Source: Candidatus Nomurabacteria bacterium (GTDB taxonomy: Bacteria > Patescibacteriota > Minisyncoccia > Phycocordibacterales > UBA5272). Taken from it: DNA of 64,000 nt. The stretch spans positions 15,615 to 79,614 of the forward strand of contig JBEIQD010000001.1 of the NCBI GenBank assembly GCA_040376695.1, read 5' to 3'. Below, one piece after another: positions 39,467-48,833 of this stretch. The notes beneath the pieces were generated by a model, which ran no database searches, was not told the DNA's origin, and saw only the letters and a list, made by a program, of their open reading frames with translations. The number at the start of each line of letters is the position of its first letter. The stretch's first letter is position 1. The position numbers and the translations under genes were made by a program.

Positions 39467-40384
39467 ATGATACGAGCTTCACGCCATGACTATATAGAGT
39501 TATCGTATATCTACGGAGTTGCCGTAGTAATTGTTGTGTTTCTCTCTTTGGTTGCTCTTCCTGTGGATACTGCTAATTTTGGATTAATTGTACCGAAAGT
39601 TGAAGAGGCAGAATTTTCACCATATACACCCGCGGCTTTTAACAACGTAGTGGTTAAGGCTGAAGCGTATATTGTGTATGATCTCGTAGATAAAAAAGTT
39701 ATAGCACAAAGAAACAGCACTATTCAATTACCTCTTGCTAGTATTACAAAAGTGATGACGGCTATAACTGCGCGCAGTCATTATCCTGAAGAAACAAAAA
39801 TAATCATTAATCCTGGGAGCATTGAGGAGGGTTACGATTTAGGGTTAAAAAAGGGACAAGTGTGGAAATTGGATGAACTATTGAAATATACACTCGTTTT
39901 TTCATCTAATGACGGTGCTCATGCTATTGCAGATGGATTAGGTGGAAGGGAAAAGTTTATTGAACAAATGAATACTGATAGTGCGCTTCTTGGACTTGCT
40001 TTTACATTTACTGATCCAGCTGGCCTTGATGTTGGAGATGCAATAGGGGGAAAGGGTACCGCACTTGATGTGGCTAAGCTTTTTGGTATTGCACGTAAGA
40101 GATATCCTGAAATTTTTGAAAGCACAACAAAAACTCGCCTCAATGTTTTCGCCAGTAAAGATCCAATAACAGGTATTCCAAATACCAATCAGGAGATTAC
40201 TAATCTTTTTGGCGCAGAGGCTTCTAAAACTGGCTTTACGGACAGCGCAGGAGGAAATCTCGGTGTTGTCGTGGATGTTGCTTTAGGGCACCCTGTAGTT
40301 ATCGTGGTTCTTGGTTCAACTCGAGAAGCTCGTTTTGTGGATACGGAAAATCTGTACAAAGCGCTCCTCCAAAGTATCAAATAA
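39467..40384 (+). CDS. D-alanyl-D-alanine carboxypeptidase (S11 family)
   Basis: ASITK, SSND, KTGFT motifs. Confidence 0.9.
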   Translation: MIRASRHDYIELSYIYGVAVVIVVFLSLVALPVDTANFGLIVPKVEEAEFSPYTPAAFNNVVVKAEAYIVYDLVDKKVIAQRNSTIQLPLASITKVMTAITARSHYPEETKIIINPGSIEEGYDLGLKKGQVWKLDELLKYTLVFSSNDGAHAIADGLGGREKFIEQMNTDSALLGLAFTFTDPAGLDVGDAIGGKGTALDVAKLFGIARKRYPEIFESTTKTRLNVFASKDPITGIPNTNQEITNLFGAEASKTGFTDSAGGNLGVVVDVALGHPVVIVVLGSTREARFVDTENLYKALLQSIK

Positions 40385-40436
40385 AGCTTGTGGATTCTGA
40401 TAAAAACGGTTGTTTTGCTTATGCTATACTTTAGAC

Positions 40437-41510
40437 ATGATTATATCGCTTAGTCTTTTCAAGGTTCTTTTACCAGCACTTTTCTCATTTATTATTGGCC
40501 TCCTTATTTCTTCACCCCTGATTACTTTCTTACAAAAGAATCAAGTTTGGAAAAAGAAAAGTGTTAAAAATACTATTGATGGAGCTATCGCGACCATTAC
40601 ACAAACCCTTCACAATGACGAAGAAAGAAAACTCCTACGCATGGGAGGGGTTGTCATCTGGGCGTCAGTGTTTATAACTACCGCAATATTCCTAGTTGTT
40701 TCGCATGTGTTCCCAACAGACTTAACAGCTAAGCTTGATTTTATTTCAAGAAATCAAACATGGCTCCCGTTGGTTGCTATGCTTGTTGGAGCTATTGTAG
40801 GAGGCGTGGATGACCTACTTGTTGTCGAAGCATTTAAAGGCAGACTTAATTCATACATTGGAGGAGGTCTTTCATTCCCTGTACGCTTAGCTGCAGTGGG
40901 AACACTAGGGCTTTCTATGGGGCTCTGGTTTTTCTATAAACTGGATGTCAGTTCAATTTATATACCTTTTTACGGAGATCTTTTTGTGGGAGGTCTTCTT
41001 TTTGTGCTCTTTTTTATTGTAGTGACTGTTGCACTTTTTTCTACAAGCGTTATTGATGGAGTGGACGGACTTTCGGGTGGTATTTTCTCGGCAATCTTTA
41101 CTGCGTATGGATTCATTGCTTTCTATCAAAACCAAATTGATATCGCAGCTCTTTGCTTTATGATTGTCGGAGGAATTCTTGCTTTCCTATGGTTTAACGT
41201 TCCTCCTGCGGTGTTTATGATGGCTGAAACGGGTATTATGGCTCTCACGCTTTCTCTTTCTGTTATTTCTTTCCTTACGAATGCGGTAATGTATCTTCCT
41301 ATTATTGCGCTCCCTCTTGTGATTACGACAGGTTCTGTGATTCTTCAGTTGCTGTGGAAGAAATTCTTTAAGAGAAAGTTATTTATTGTTGCACCACTTC
41401 ACCACCACTTTGAAGCTAAAGGTTGGGCTAAGGCACAGGTAACTATGCGTTATTGGATTGTTTCTTATATCTGCGCACTGCTGGGAATAGTAATTGTAGT
41501 TATTAGTTAG
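40437..41510 (+). CDS. mraY: Phospho-N-acetylmuramoyl-pentapeptide transferase
   Basis: DGVDGL, FLWFNVPPA, APLHHHFE. Confidence 0.93.
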   Translation: MIISLSLFKVLLPALFSFIIGLLISSPLITFLQKNQVWKKKSVKNTIDGAIATITQTLHNDEERKLLRMGGVVIWASVFITTAIFLVVSHVFPTDLTAKLDFISRNQTWLPLVAMLVGAIVGGVDDLLVVEAFKGRLNSYIGGGLSFPVRLAAVGTLGLSMGLWFFYKLDVSSIYIPFYGDLFVGGLLFVLFFIVVTVALFSTSVIDGVDGLSGGIFSAIFTAYGFIAFYQNQIDIAALCFMIVGGILAFLWFNVPPAVFMMAETGIMALTLSLSVISFLTNAVMYLPIIALPLVITTGSVILQLLWKKFFKRKLFIVAPLHHHFEAKGWAKAQVTMRYWIVSYICALLGIVIVVIS

Positions 41511-41514
41511 CTAT

Positions 41515-42612
41515 ATGTTCGATAGAGTAGATAAGCCACTTCTCATAACGGTAATCGTTCTTTTAATTTCTGGGCTTATTATATTTGGATCAGCAGCCTT
41601 AGGTGTTCTTTCGGTCAACGAAGTTAAATTCTACGCTGTTATAAAAACACAACTTATTTATGCGCTCATCGGAGGGTCTGTTGCATTATGTTTGGGAACA
41701 CTTATCCCGTATCAGTTCTACAAACGTTATGCATATCAACTATTCGGTTTTGCACTTGTTATAACCACTCTCGTGTTTGTTCCGGGTCTTCAAAGATACC
41801 ACGGAGGAGCTCATCGTTGGATAGACATCGGACCGTTTTCTCTTCAACCATCAGAGGCTCTTAAGTTTGCTTTCGTTGGTGTTGTAGCGTTTTGGTGTAC
41901 AAAGTATAGACACCTGTTCCGTGATATGCGGTATGGGTTATTGCCGTACCTTGCGGCTGCAGGAGTTGTGTCTGTGATTCTCCTTTCTCAGCCAGACTTT
42001 GGAACATATCTCGTTATTATGACCGCTTCCTTCGTTACGTATTTCGTGGGGGGTGCTCGCAAGAAACATATCTACACACTTATCATTGCAGGTATCATCG
42101 GTGTGGTGGTTCTTATCTCTTTAAGGCCATATATGTTGGAACGTGTTAAAACATTTTTGGACAGCGGACATGATCCGCGTGGTGCTTCTTGGCAGCTGAA
42201 TCAGTCTCTCATTGCTCTCGGAGGGGGAGGGTTAACAGGACGCGGACTTGGGCAAAGCGTGCAGAAATTTAACTATCTTCCAGAGCCAATTGGAGACTCA
42301 ATCTTTGCTGTCCTTGGGGAAGAATTAGGCTTTATTGGGGTCATATTTCTCATTACACTGTATGGTATAGTAGGGGTAAGGGGATTTGTTATTTCAAAGT
42401 ATTCAAGAGATCAGTATGGTAGGTTACTTGCGATAGGAGTGGTTACTATTATCCTTACGCAAGCAACGCTTAACATTGGATCAATGCTTGGGGTGTTGCC
42501 GCTCAGTGGTGTGCCACTTCCATTAGTGTCTCACGGAGGAACTGCGCTCATGGTTGCACTCTTTGAGCTTGGAGTACTTCTTAATATTTCAAAACAATCT
42601 ACATTAGTATGA
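41515..42612 (+). CDS. ftsW: SEDS peptidoglycan polymerase FtsW
   Basis: GAHRWI, QPSEALK, QPDFGT, GRGLGQSVQK, GVPLPLVSHGG; lies between mraY and murG. Confidence 0.9.
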   Translation: MFDRVDKPLLITVIVLLISGLIIFGSAALGVLSVNEVKFYAVIKTQLIYALIGGSVALCLGTLIPYQFYKRYAYQLFGFALVITTLVFVPGLQRYHGGAHRWIDIGPFSLQPSEALKFAFVGVVAFWCTKYRHLFRDMRYGLLPYLAAAGVVSVILLSQPDFGTYLVIMTASFVTYFVGGARKKHIYTLIIAGIIGVVVLISLRPYMLERVKTFLDSGHDPRGASWQLNQSLIALGGGGLTGRGLGQSVQKFNYLPEPIGDSIFAVLGEELGFIGVIFLITLYGIVGVRGFVISKYSRDQYGRLLAIGVVTIILTQATLNIGSMLGVLPLSGVPLPLVSHGGTALMVALFELGVLLNISKQSTLV

Positions 42613-43712
42613 AAATCGTAATTACAGGAGCAGGAGGGGGGCATTTCTATCCGTTACTTGCGGTTATTGAACGCGTTCGAAAGGAGTCATTTGTTCAGAA
42701 AATAATTCAACCAGAGGTTTTCTTTCTTTCTGACAAACCATACGACGAAAAGGCACTCTTTGGTCTTCAGATAAAATTTATTCAAATTCCTGCAGGAAAA
42801 TTACGGGTGTATGCATCGCTTGAAACAGTAACGGATATGTTTAAGACTGCATACGGAGTATTGGTTGCCATCATCAAACTCTACGCTATTTATCCTGATG
42901 TAGTTTTCGCTAAAGGCGGATATGCTAGTTTCCCAACATTGTTTGCTGCTCGCTTCTTATCTATTCCAGTAGTGGTACACGAGAGTGACACAGTTCCTGG
43001 GAGAACAACTAAATGGGCAGGGAAATTTGCTTCTCGTATTGCTTTGTCATATGCAGAGGCTGCACCCTTTTATCCGCACGAACATACAGCTCTCACTGGG
43101 CAGCCAATACGCGAACTCCTTCTTCCTCCAGAAAATTTCGAACGTGTATATGGTGCCAAGGAGCGACCTGTTGTGCTTATTATCGGTGGTTCACAAGGAA
43201 GTAAGACACTTAATGAAGCCATCTTGCGCATTCTTCCAGAGCTTCTTACTAAGTATGATGTTGTGCATCAAACAGGAGAAGCCAATCTAGAAGAAATGAA
43301 GCAGGTTACTGCATCTATTTTGAGGGATCATGCCTATAAGGATCATTATTTTATTGACGGGTTTATTGATGTGGGAATATTTTATTCAAAAGTTGATCTT
43401 GTTATTACGCGTGCGGGTTCAATGATGTTTGAGATGGCAGTATGGCAAATTCCGATGCTCGTTGTTCCAATTCCAGAATCAGTAAGTCGCGATCAACGAT
43501 CGAACGCTTATGCAATGGCGGGACGTGGGGTTGCTTCTGTGCTTGAAGAAAACAACTTATCTCCAACCATTATGATGACTGAAATCGGTCGTATCATGGA
43601 TGACAAAGAAAACTACGCAAAGATGTCACAAGCTGGTCTTCAATTTGAAACATCTCGCACTGCCGCATCTACGATTGCTCGAGAACTTATTCGCATAGGA
43701 CTTAGTCATTAA
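42609..43712 (+). CDS. murG: Lipid I GlcNAc transferase MurG
   Basis: GGGHFYP, KGGYAS, HESD, GGSQGS, ITRAG. Confidence 0.95.
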   Translation: MKIVITGAGGGHFYPLLAVIERVRKESFVQKIIQPEVFFLSDKPYDEKALFGLQIKFIQIPAGKLRVYASLETVTDMFKTAYGVLVAIIKLYAIYPDVVFAKGGYASFPTLFAARFLSIPVVVHESDTVPGRTTKWAGKFASRIALSYAEAAPFYPHEHTALTGQPIRELLLPPENFERVYGAKERPVVLIIGGSQGSKTLNEAILRILPELLTKYDVVHQTGEANLEEMKQVTASILRDHAYKDHYFIDGFIDVGIFYSKVDLVITRAGSMMFEMAVWQIPMLVVPIPESVSRDQRSNAYAMAGRGVASVLEENNLSPTIMMTEIGRIMDDKENYAKMSQAGLQFETSRTAASTIARELIRIGLSH

Positions 43713-43726
43713 TAATATATACATAT

Positions 43727-45151
43727 ATGGAAAAGAAAATTGTCACAAGATTTGCACCGTCTCCTACAGGATTTATGCACGTAGGTGGTGTTCGTACTGC
43801 TCTCTATGCGTGGGCGTGGGCACGAAAAAATAATGGGACATTTATTTTACGTATTGAAGACACGGATAAGGCGCGAGAAGTAGAAGGTTCTATTCCACAT
43901 ATTATCGAATCACTCAAGTGGCTCGGTATTACGTGGGACGAAGGAGTTGATATTGGTGGACCAAATGCGCCGTACCTTCAATCAGAACGCCTTTCGTCAT
44001 ATAAAAAATATGCACAGATTCTTATTGATAAAGGATATGCATACGCTGACCCATATTCGGAAGAGGAAGTAGCAGCATTCCGTGCTGCTGCAGAACAGGA
44101 GAAGCGTGCGTTCCTATACCGTGATCATAGACCAACGACGACAAGTGTATGGGACGGAACGACATCTCTTCGTTTTAAGGTTCCTGAAATAAAAAGTTAC
44201 ACATGGACTGATGCAGTTCGTGGTGAGCTCTCTGCAGGAGAAGAGGCACTGGATGATTTTGTGTTGATTAAGAGTGATGGATATCCAACCTATAACTTCG
44301 CACATATTATAGATGACTTAGAAATGGGAGTTACGCATATTATGCGAGCGGACGAGTTCATTGCATCTACTCCAAAGTTTTTGTCTCTCTATGATGCTCT
44401 TGGTATTGTTCCACCAGTGCTTGTGACACTTCCACCAATTCTTGCTCCAGAAGGAAATAAGAAACTCGGTAAGCGCGATGGAGCTAAGGATATTTTGGAA
44501 TATAGAAAAGAAGGATATCTACCAGAAGCGATGGTGAACTTCTTAGCGTTTCTTGGATGGAATCCAGGAGGTGAAGTTGAAATTATGACACCGGAAGAAA
44601 TTGTTGAAGCGTTCACTATCGAACGAATTCATAAATCAGGTGCCATGTTAAACGAAGAGAAGCTTCTTTGGATAAACAAAGAGCATATGAAGAAAAAAGA
44701 TACTACCACTCAGTTGGAAGCAATCAAACCCTACATGAGCGGGTATGGAGATGAACTTCTCACAAGATTACTGCCTACTATCATAGATCGCATTAATACA
44801 TACGGTGAACTTGTTTCAATTGAAGAATCAGAGTTTCGGTTCTTTATTACACGTCCACAAACAGAAATGGAGCGAGTGCTTTTTAAAGATGATGAACCAC
44901 ACGTTGCTCTACGGCACCTCACTAAAGTAAAAGAACTTCTAGAGACGGCAGATTTTTCTTCTCCTGAAGCTGTAAAAGCAAGTATTATGCCTTACGCGGA
45001 AACGGAAGGGAAGGGGAATGTGTTGTGGCCGCTTCGTATGTCTTTGTCAGGACAGGAAAAGTCGGTAGACCCTTTTACTATTTGTTACGTGCTTGGTAAA
45101 GAAGAAGTATTCGCGCGTATTGATGCTATCTGTCACACATTACGCTCATAA
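43727..45151 (+). CDS. gltX: Glutamyl-tRNA synthetase
   Basis: RFAPSPTGFMHVGG, LRIEDTD, KLGKR. Confidence 0.96.
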   Translation: MEKKIVTRFAPSPTGFMHVGGVRTALYAWAWARKNNGTFILRIEDTDKAREVEGSIPHIIESLKWLGITWDEGVDIGGPNAPYLQSERLSSYKKYAQILIDKGYAYADPYSEEEVAAFRAAAEQEKRAFLYRDHRPTTTSVWDGTTSLRFKVPEIKSYTWTDAVRGELSAGEEALDDFVLIKSDGYPTYNFAHIIDDLEMGVTHIMRADEFIASTPKFLSLYDALGIVPPVLVTLPPILAPEGNKKLGKRDGAKDILEYRKEGYLPEAMVNFLAFLGWNPGGEVEIMTPEEIVEAFTIERIHKSGAMLNEEKLLWINKEHMKKKDTTTQLEAIKPYMSGYGDELLTRLLPTIIDRINTYGELVSIEESEFRFFITRPQTEMERVLFKDDEPHVALRHLTKVKELLETADFSSPEAVKASIMPYAETEGKGNVLWPLRMSLSGQEKSVDPFTICYVLGKEEVFARIDAICHTLRS

Positions 45152-45170
45152 ACTGTTATACATAGATAGT

Positions 45171-46466
45171 ATGCATCACCTTCGAAACCTCTTTATCGCC
45201 CTCATCGTTATTTCTACAGTTACTTTTTTTGGAGTAACTAATACCTACGCTGAAACAGCAGAAGAGTTGCAATCAAGTATTGATTCGTTGTCTTCAAAAA
45301 TCCAAGCACTCGATAAAGAGATTGCTGAGTTTAATAAGAAGATTAGTTCAACTCAAGGTGAAGCAAAGACGCTAAAAAGCGCACTAGCATCTCTAGAGCT
45401 ACGACGTGGCGTTCTTGCGAAAGAAATAGATCGTACACGTTTAAGAATTACAGAGACACAAAGTAGTATTGTTGTTACTGAAGAGAAAATAGAAGTAACA
45501 CAAAGCAAGCTTACTCAAAATCAAAAGGCATTAGCGGAAACATTACGTTCTCTTGTATATCAAGATGCCAGTATTCCGCCATTTGTTCGCACACTCTCAA
45601 ACGGTGCGAAGTTTTCTGATATGGTAGAAGAGCTTAAACGTTCTGCGGATGTTTCAAACGCTATCCAAGCAAAGGTGGAGTTACTAGCAACAACACGGGT
45701 TGATTTAGGAAATCAAAAAACACTCTACGAAACCAACAAGCAAAAGTTGGAAAATCTGAATGTCTCACTTGCTGATCAAAAGCAATTAGTGGAACAGGCA
45801 AGTAAAGATAAAAATACACTCCTCGCTGAAACAAAAAATAAAGAGAGTGAATATCAGAGGCTCTTAGCAGAGAGACAAAAGAAAAAAGGGGAGTTGGAGG
45901 CCGAAATGCTTGATGTTGAATCAAAGCTTAAAGTGATAACTGACGTAACGAAACTTCCAAAAGTTGGGAAGGGGACACTGCAGTATCCGCTCGCAAATGT
46001 AACAATTACTCAATACTTCGGTAACACGCCATTTGCAAGTAAGAATCCGCAAGTCTATAACGGTGGCGGACACAACGGAGTTGACTTTTCTGCTAAAGTT
46101 GGTACTCCGATACTTTCAGCTGCTGGCGGAACGGTGCTTGGTACTGGTGATACTGATAAAGCCTGCAACGCTGTTTCGTATGGTAAATGGGTACTTGTAA
46201 AGCACGCAAACGGCCTTACAACACTCTATGCCCATCTTTCTGTTATTCAGGTCTCTGCTGGTCAATCTGTGACTTCTGGACAGAAACTGGGACTCTCAGG
46301 TAACACTGGATATAGTACTGGTCCACATCTTCACTTTACTGTGTACGCGTCGGATTCAGTTCATATCTCAGGTCCTACAGAATATAAATCAAAGGTATGT
46401 GGAACGTATTTAATTATGCCACTTGCTCCAGCCTCAGGATACCTCAATCCGCTCAGCTACTTCTAA
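45171..46466 (+). CDS. Coiled-coil M23 peptidoglycan endopeptidase
   Basis: Signal peptide, long coiled coil, HNGVD, YAHL, STGPHLHF. Confidence 0.9.
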   Translation: MHHLRNLFIALIVISTVTFFGVTNTYAETAEELQSSIDSLSSKIQALDKEIAEFNKKISSTQGEAKTLKSALASLELRRGVLAKEIDRTRLRITETQSSIVVTEEKIEVTQSKLTQNQKALAETLRSLVYQDASIPPFVRTLSNGAKFSDMVEELKRSADVSNAIQAKVELLATTRVDLGNQKTLYETNKQKLENLNVSLADQKQLVEQASKDKNTLLAETKNKESEYQRLLAERQKKKGELEAEMLDVESKLKVITDVTKLPKVGKGTLQYPLANVTITQYFGNTPFASKNPQVYNGGGHNGVDFSAKVGTPILSAAGGTVLGTGDTDKACNAVSYGKWVLVKHANGLTTLYAHLSVIQVSAGQSVTSGQKLGLSGNTGYSTGPHLHFTVYASDSVHISGPTEYKSKVCGTYLIMPLAPASGYLNPLSYF

Positions 46467-46504
46467 GCTATTTTCAAATTGGGTATCTATAGTAGACTTA
46501 AAGC

Positions 46505-46603
46505 ATGATTTCCTTTTCTATTCTATCCTTCATACTCATTGCCTTGGTTGTGTTTGCGATTGGTGTGGCGGTAGGTAATGCGGTGATTACTTCTAAGAAA
46601 TAA
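46505..46603 (+). CDS. Putative single-TM micropeptide (32 aa)
   Basis: MISFSILSFILIALVVFAIGVAVGNAVITSKK; TATAGT upstream. Confidence 0.5.
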   Translation: MISFSILSFILIALVVFAIGVAVGNAVITSKK

Positions 46604-46609
46604 ACTAGC

Positions 46610-46711
46610 ATGATCACTTTCACTATTGCAGCATTCATATCAATTCTGTTTACAATTTTTCTCGTTGGGTTCGGTATAGGGCTCTGGCTTACGCTAACGT
46701 ATAAGTCCTAG
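46610..46711 (+). CDS. Putative single-TM micropeptide (33 aa)
   Basis: MITFTIAAFISILFTIFLVGFGIGLWLTLTYKS; 6 nt after the previous ORF and similar to it. Confidence 0.5.
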   Translation: MITFTIAAFISILFTIFLVGFGIGLWLTLTYKS

Positions 46712-46796
46712 GTAAAAGAAGCAGATCCTGCTTAGTTATTGATAATATTGATAAGGGTGTTAGGGAAAGAAAAATGGTATAATTTGTACATTACAC

Positions 46797-47408
46797 ATGG
46801 AATTACCTTGGTTAGATCTTGTAGAACAGATAGCCGTAATTGTTACAGCTCTTACTGTTGTTATTGCACTTATACAATATGCTGACGCAAAGAGTAGAGA
46901 TGCTATTTCTTCTTGCATCGATCAGGTAGCTTTTTTTAGAGAAAAAATTCTAGGAAAGCAAAATGAATTCACCGCACACATGACTGATGCCTCTAAGGGA
47001 GGGAGTGAAAATTTTGCTTTTCTTAGATTGCCTTTACCTAATCCAGCCACTTTAGATAATCTTATTAAAACTCAACCCGAGCTCTCTAGGCAACAATTAG
47101 AAACAGCTTTAAAAGACAGAGATACTTTGAATTTTCACACAAATATATTAAATATGGTAGAGGAGTTTTCTCTACGTGTTAAGTATTCCTACACGCATGA
47201 TAATCCAGCCCTTACATCTCTTAGAAGTGCCTTTGTAGAGCTAGTAGAAATTCATGGCACTTATTTGCTGTTCGTTAGAGATGTTTCTACAGGGAACAAA
47301 GTTTACTCATCAATATTGGAATTGTATAAAGAATGGAATACGCCAGATTTAGATAAGCGTCCGATAAAAGAAAGATTGGAAGAGTATTTGGAGAAGAGAA
47401 ATAAGTAG
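46797..47408 (+). CDS. Hypothetical protein with N-terminal TM (DUF4760-like architecture)
   Basis: TGGTATAAT upstream; TM followed by a helical domain. Confidence 0.7.
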   Translation: MELPWLDLVEQIAVIVTALTVVIALIQYADAKSRDAISSCIDQVAFFREKILGKQNEFTAHMTDASKGGSENFAFLRLPLPNPATLDNLIKTQPELSRQQLETALKDRDTLNFHTNILNMVEEFSLRVKYSYTHDNPALTSLRSAFVELVEIHGTYLLFVRDVSTGNKVYSSILELYKEWNTPDLDKRPIKERLEEYLEKRNK

Positions 47409-47504
47409 ATAAATTCCTGAAAACACTTGCTGTGTGCAGCACGAAATTTTCTAATGAAACAGAGTAGGGGGCAAAGCCCCTTCCGTGAGAAAAACTATAA
47501 TTAT

Positions 47505-47930
47505 CTATTTTGAACCACCACCTTTACCTCCTTCGGCAATTATGGTGTTATTGAATGTTGAGTTGCCACCATCTGATTCGTTAGTTCCTCCTTGCCCAAC
47601 TACCACCGAGTAACTTCCAGGTACAACAGATAATTTTTCTACGTGAACAACTCCACCTGAGCCACCGCCGTGACCAGCTTGTCCATGGGTTGAGTTGCCT
47701 CCAGCGCCTCCACCACCAACCATGAACATGCTCACTGTGCCCGTACCTTGTGAGGCGTTGTTCTTCTTTGAGAAAAACCTCTTAGTAAGCTCCTGTACAC
47801 CTACAAGAATAAAAAAACCTCCAACCAAAACTAGTATAAGTCCGAGAGTCCCAATAGGGTCAGTGATCATATCTTTGATAAATTCTACTGCTGAGTTTTT
47901 TGCTGCAGACCAGCTGATTGATGTATCCAT
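47505..47930 (-). CDS. Membrane protein with glycine-rich domain
   Basis: TM then VGGGGAGG...GGGSGG...YSVVVGQGG...GGNSTF...IAEGGKGG. Confidence 0.7.
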   Translation of the reverse strand: MDTSISWSAAKNSAVEFIKDMITDPIGTLGLILVLVGGFFILVGVQELTKRFFSKKNNASQGTGTVSMFMVGGGGAGGNSTHGQAGHGGGSGGVVHVEKLSVVPGSYSVVVGQGGTNESDGGNSTFNNTIIAEGGKGGGSK

Positions 47931-48331
47931 CCTTTAAGTATATACGACTTACGGATGTGGATAAACTTCATAAGCCCCCTCAAGGAGATAGTCGTAAAAG
48001 AAGCATTGTGCGACATTGGCATAATAAAGCGAAAGGTTTCCCCTCCAGTATCTACAACGTTTTAAACCACAGTCTGATTGAGTTGGCACAAGTTGCGTTA
48101 AACTTATGCTCCCTCACCTAGCTGCGCGGATTCAAATCTTTTCGACTGCCGCTTCCCTTATTGTGTAGATTTCAATACATACCAAAAAGCCATTTTTTCG
48201 GATTTTGAAGAAAATCTGATTTTTGAGTATTCTAGGCATTTTTATTCTAAATCCCTCAACCCCTCTTAAAGACCCTTTTAGATACCGATACTTAGCTTGC
48301 TAACGTTTACATCAATTGATATACTTACCGT

Positions 48332-48811
48332 ATGAAATCTCCAAGCGAGAAAGATGTTACGAGACCTATGTCGGATGATTTTTCTAAGAGCTTTATGTAT
48401 TCAATTCATGAGCTCTATTTTCTCGTGCAAAAACACCTCGAGCAGGTACTCTCTAAACATAAGTCACTCTCGTTCTCACAGTTCCTTATCTTAGTAGGCT
48501 TTAAGTGTTCACCAACGATAGCTGTCTCACAGTCTTCTATTGCAGAACGTCTTAACCTCACGGAAGCAACTGTCTCACGACATGTTTCTACGCTTGTTGC
48601 TCTTGATCTTCTTTCTCGCACCGAAGATCTAAGTAATAGACGAAAGTACACCATCACACTTACCTCAAAAGGAAAAAAGGTATTCGATGCAGCAAGCTCT
48701 CTTATCGATAAAGAACTCAGTGTTATCTTTTCATCAATCAAAGAAAAAGATCGCGCAGGTATTATGAAAAACTTCTCAACCATCCTCTCACAGCTTCAAA
48801 GCAAGAAGTGA
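48332..48811 (+). CDS. MarR-family transcription regulator
   Basis: LSFSQFLIL, SQSSIAERLNLTEATVSRHV, NRRKYTITLTSKG; palindrome ATCAATTGAT (48311-48320) next to its -10. Confidence 0.92.
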   Translation: MKSPSEKDVTRPMSDDFSKSFMYSIHELYFLVQKHLEQVLSKHKSLSFSQFLILVGFKCSPTIAVSQSSIAERLNLTEATVSRHVSTLVALDLLSRTEDLSNRRKYTITLTSKGKKVFDAASSLIDKELSVIFSSIKEKDRAGIMKNFSTILSQLQSKK

Positions 48812-48833
48812 TTTATTATTTAATGACATTACT

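Noticed and set aside
47918-48121. 67-aa ORF in the large gap
   Set aside because: It has a TTG start overlapping the divergent gene, no SD or leaderless -10, and no recognisable motif.
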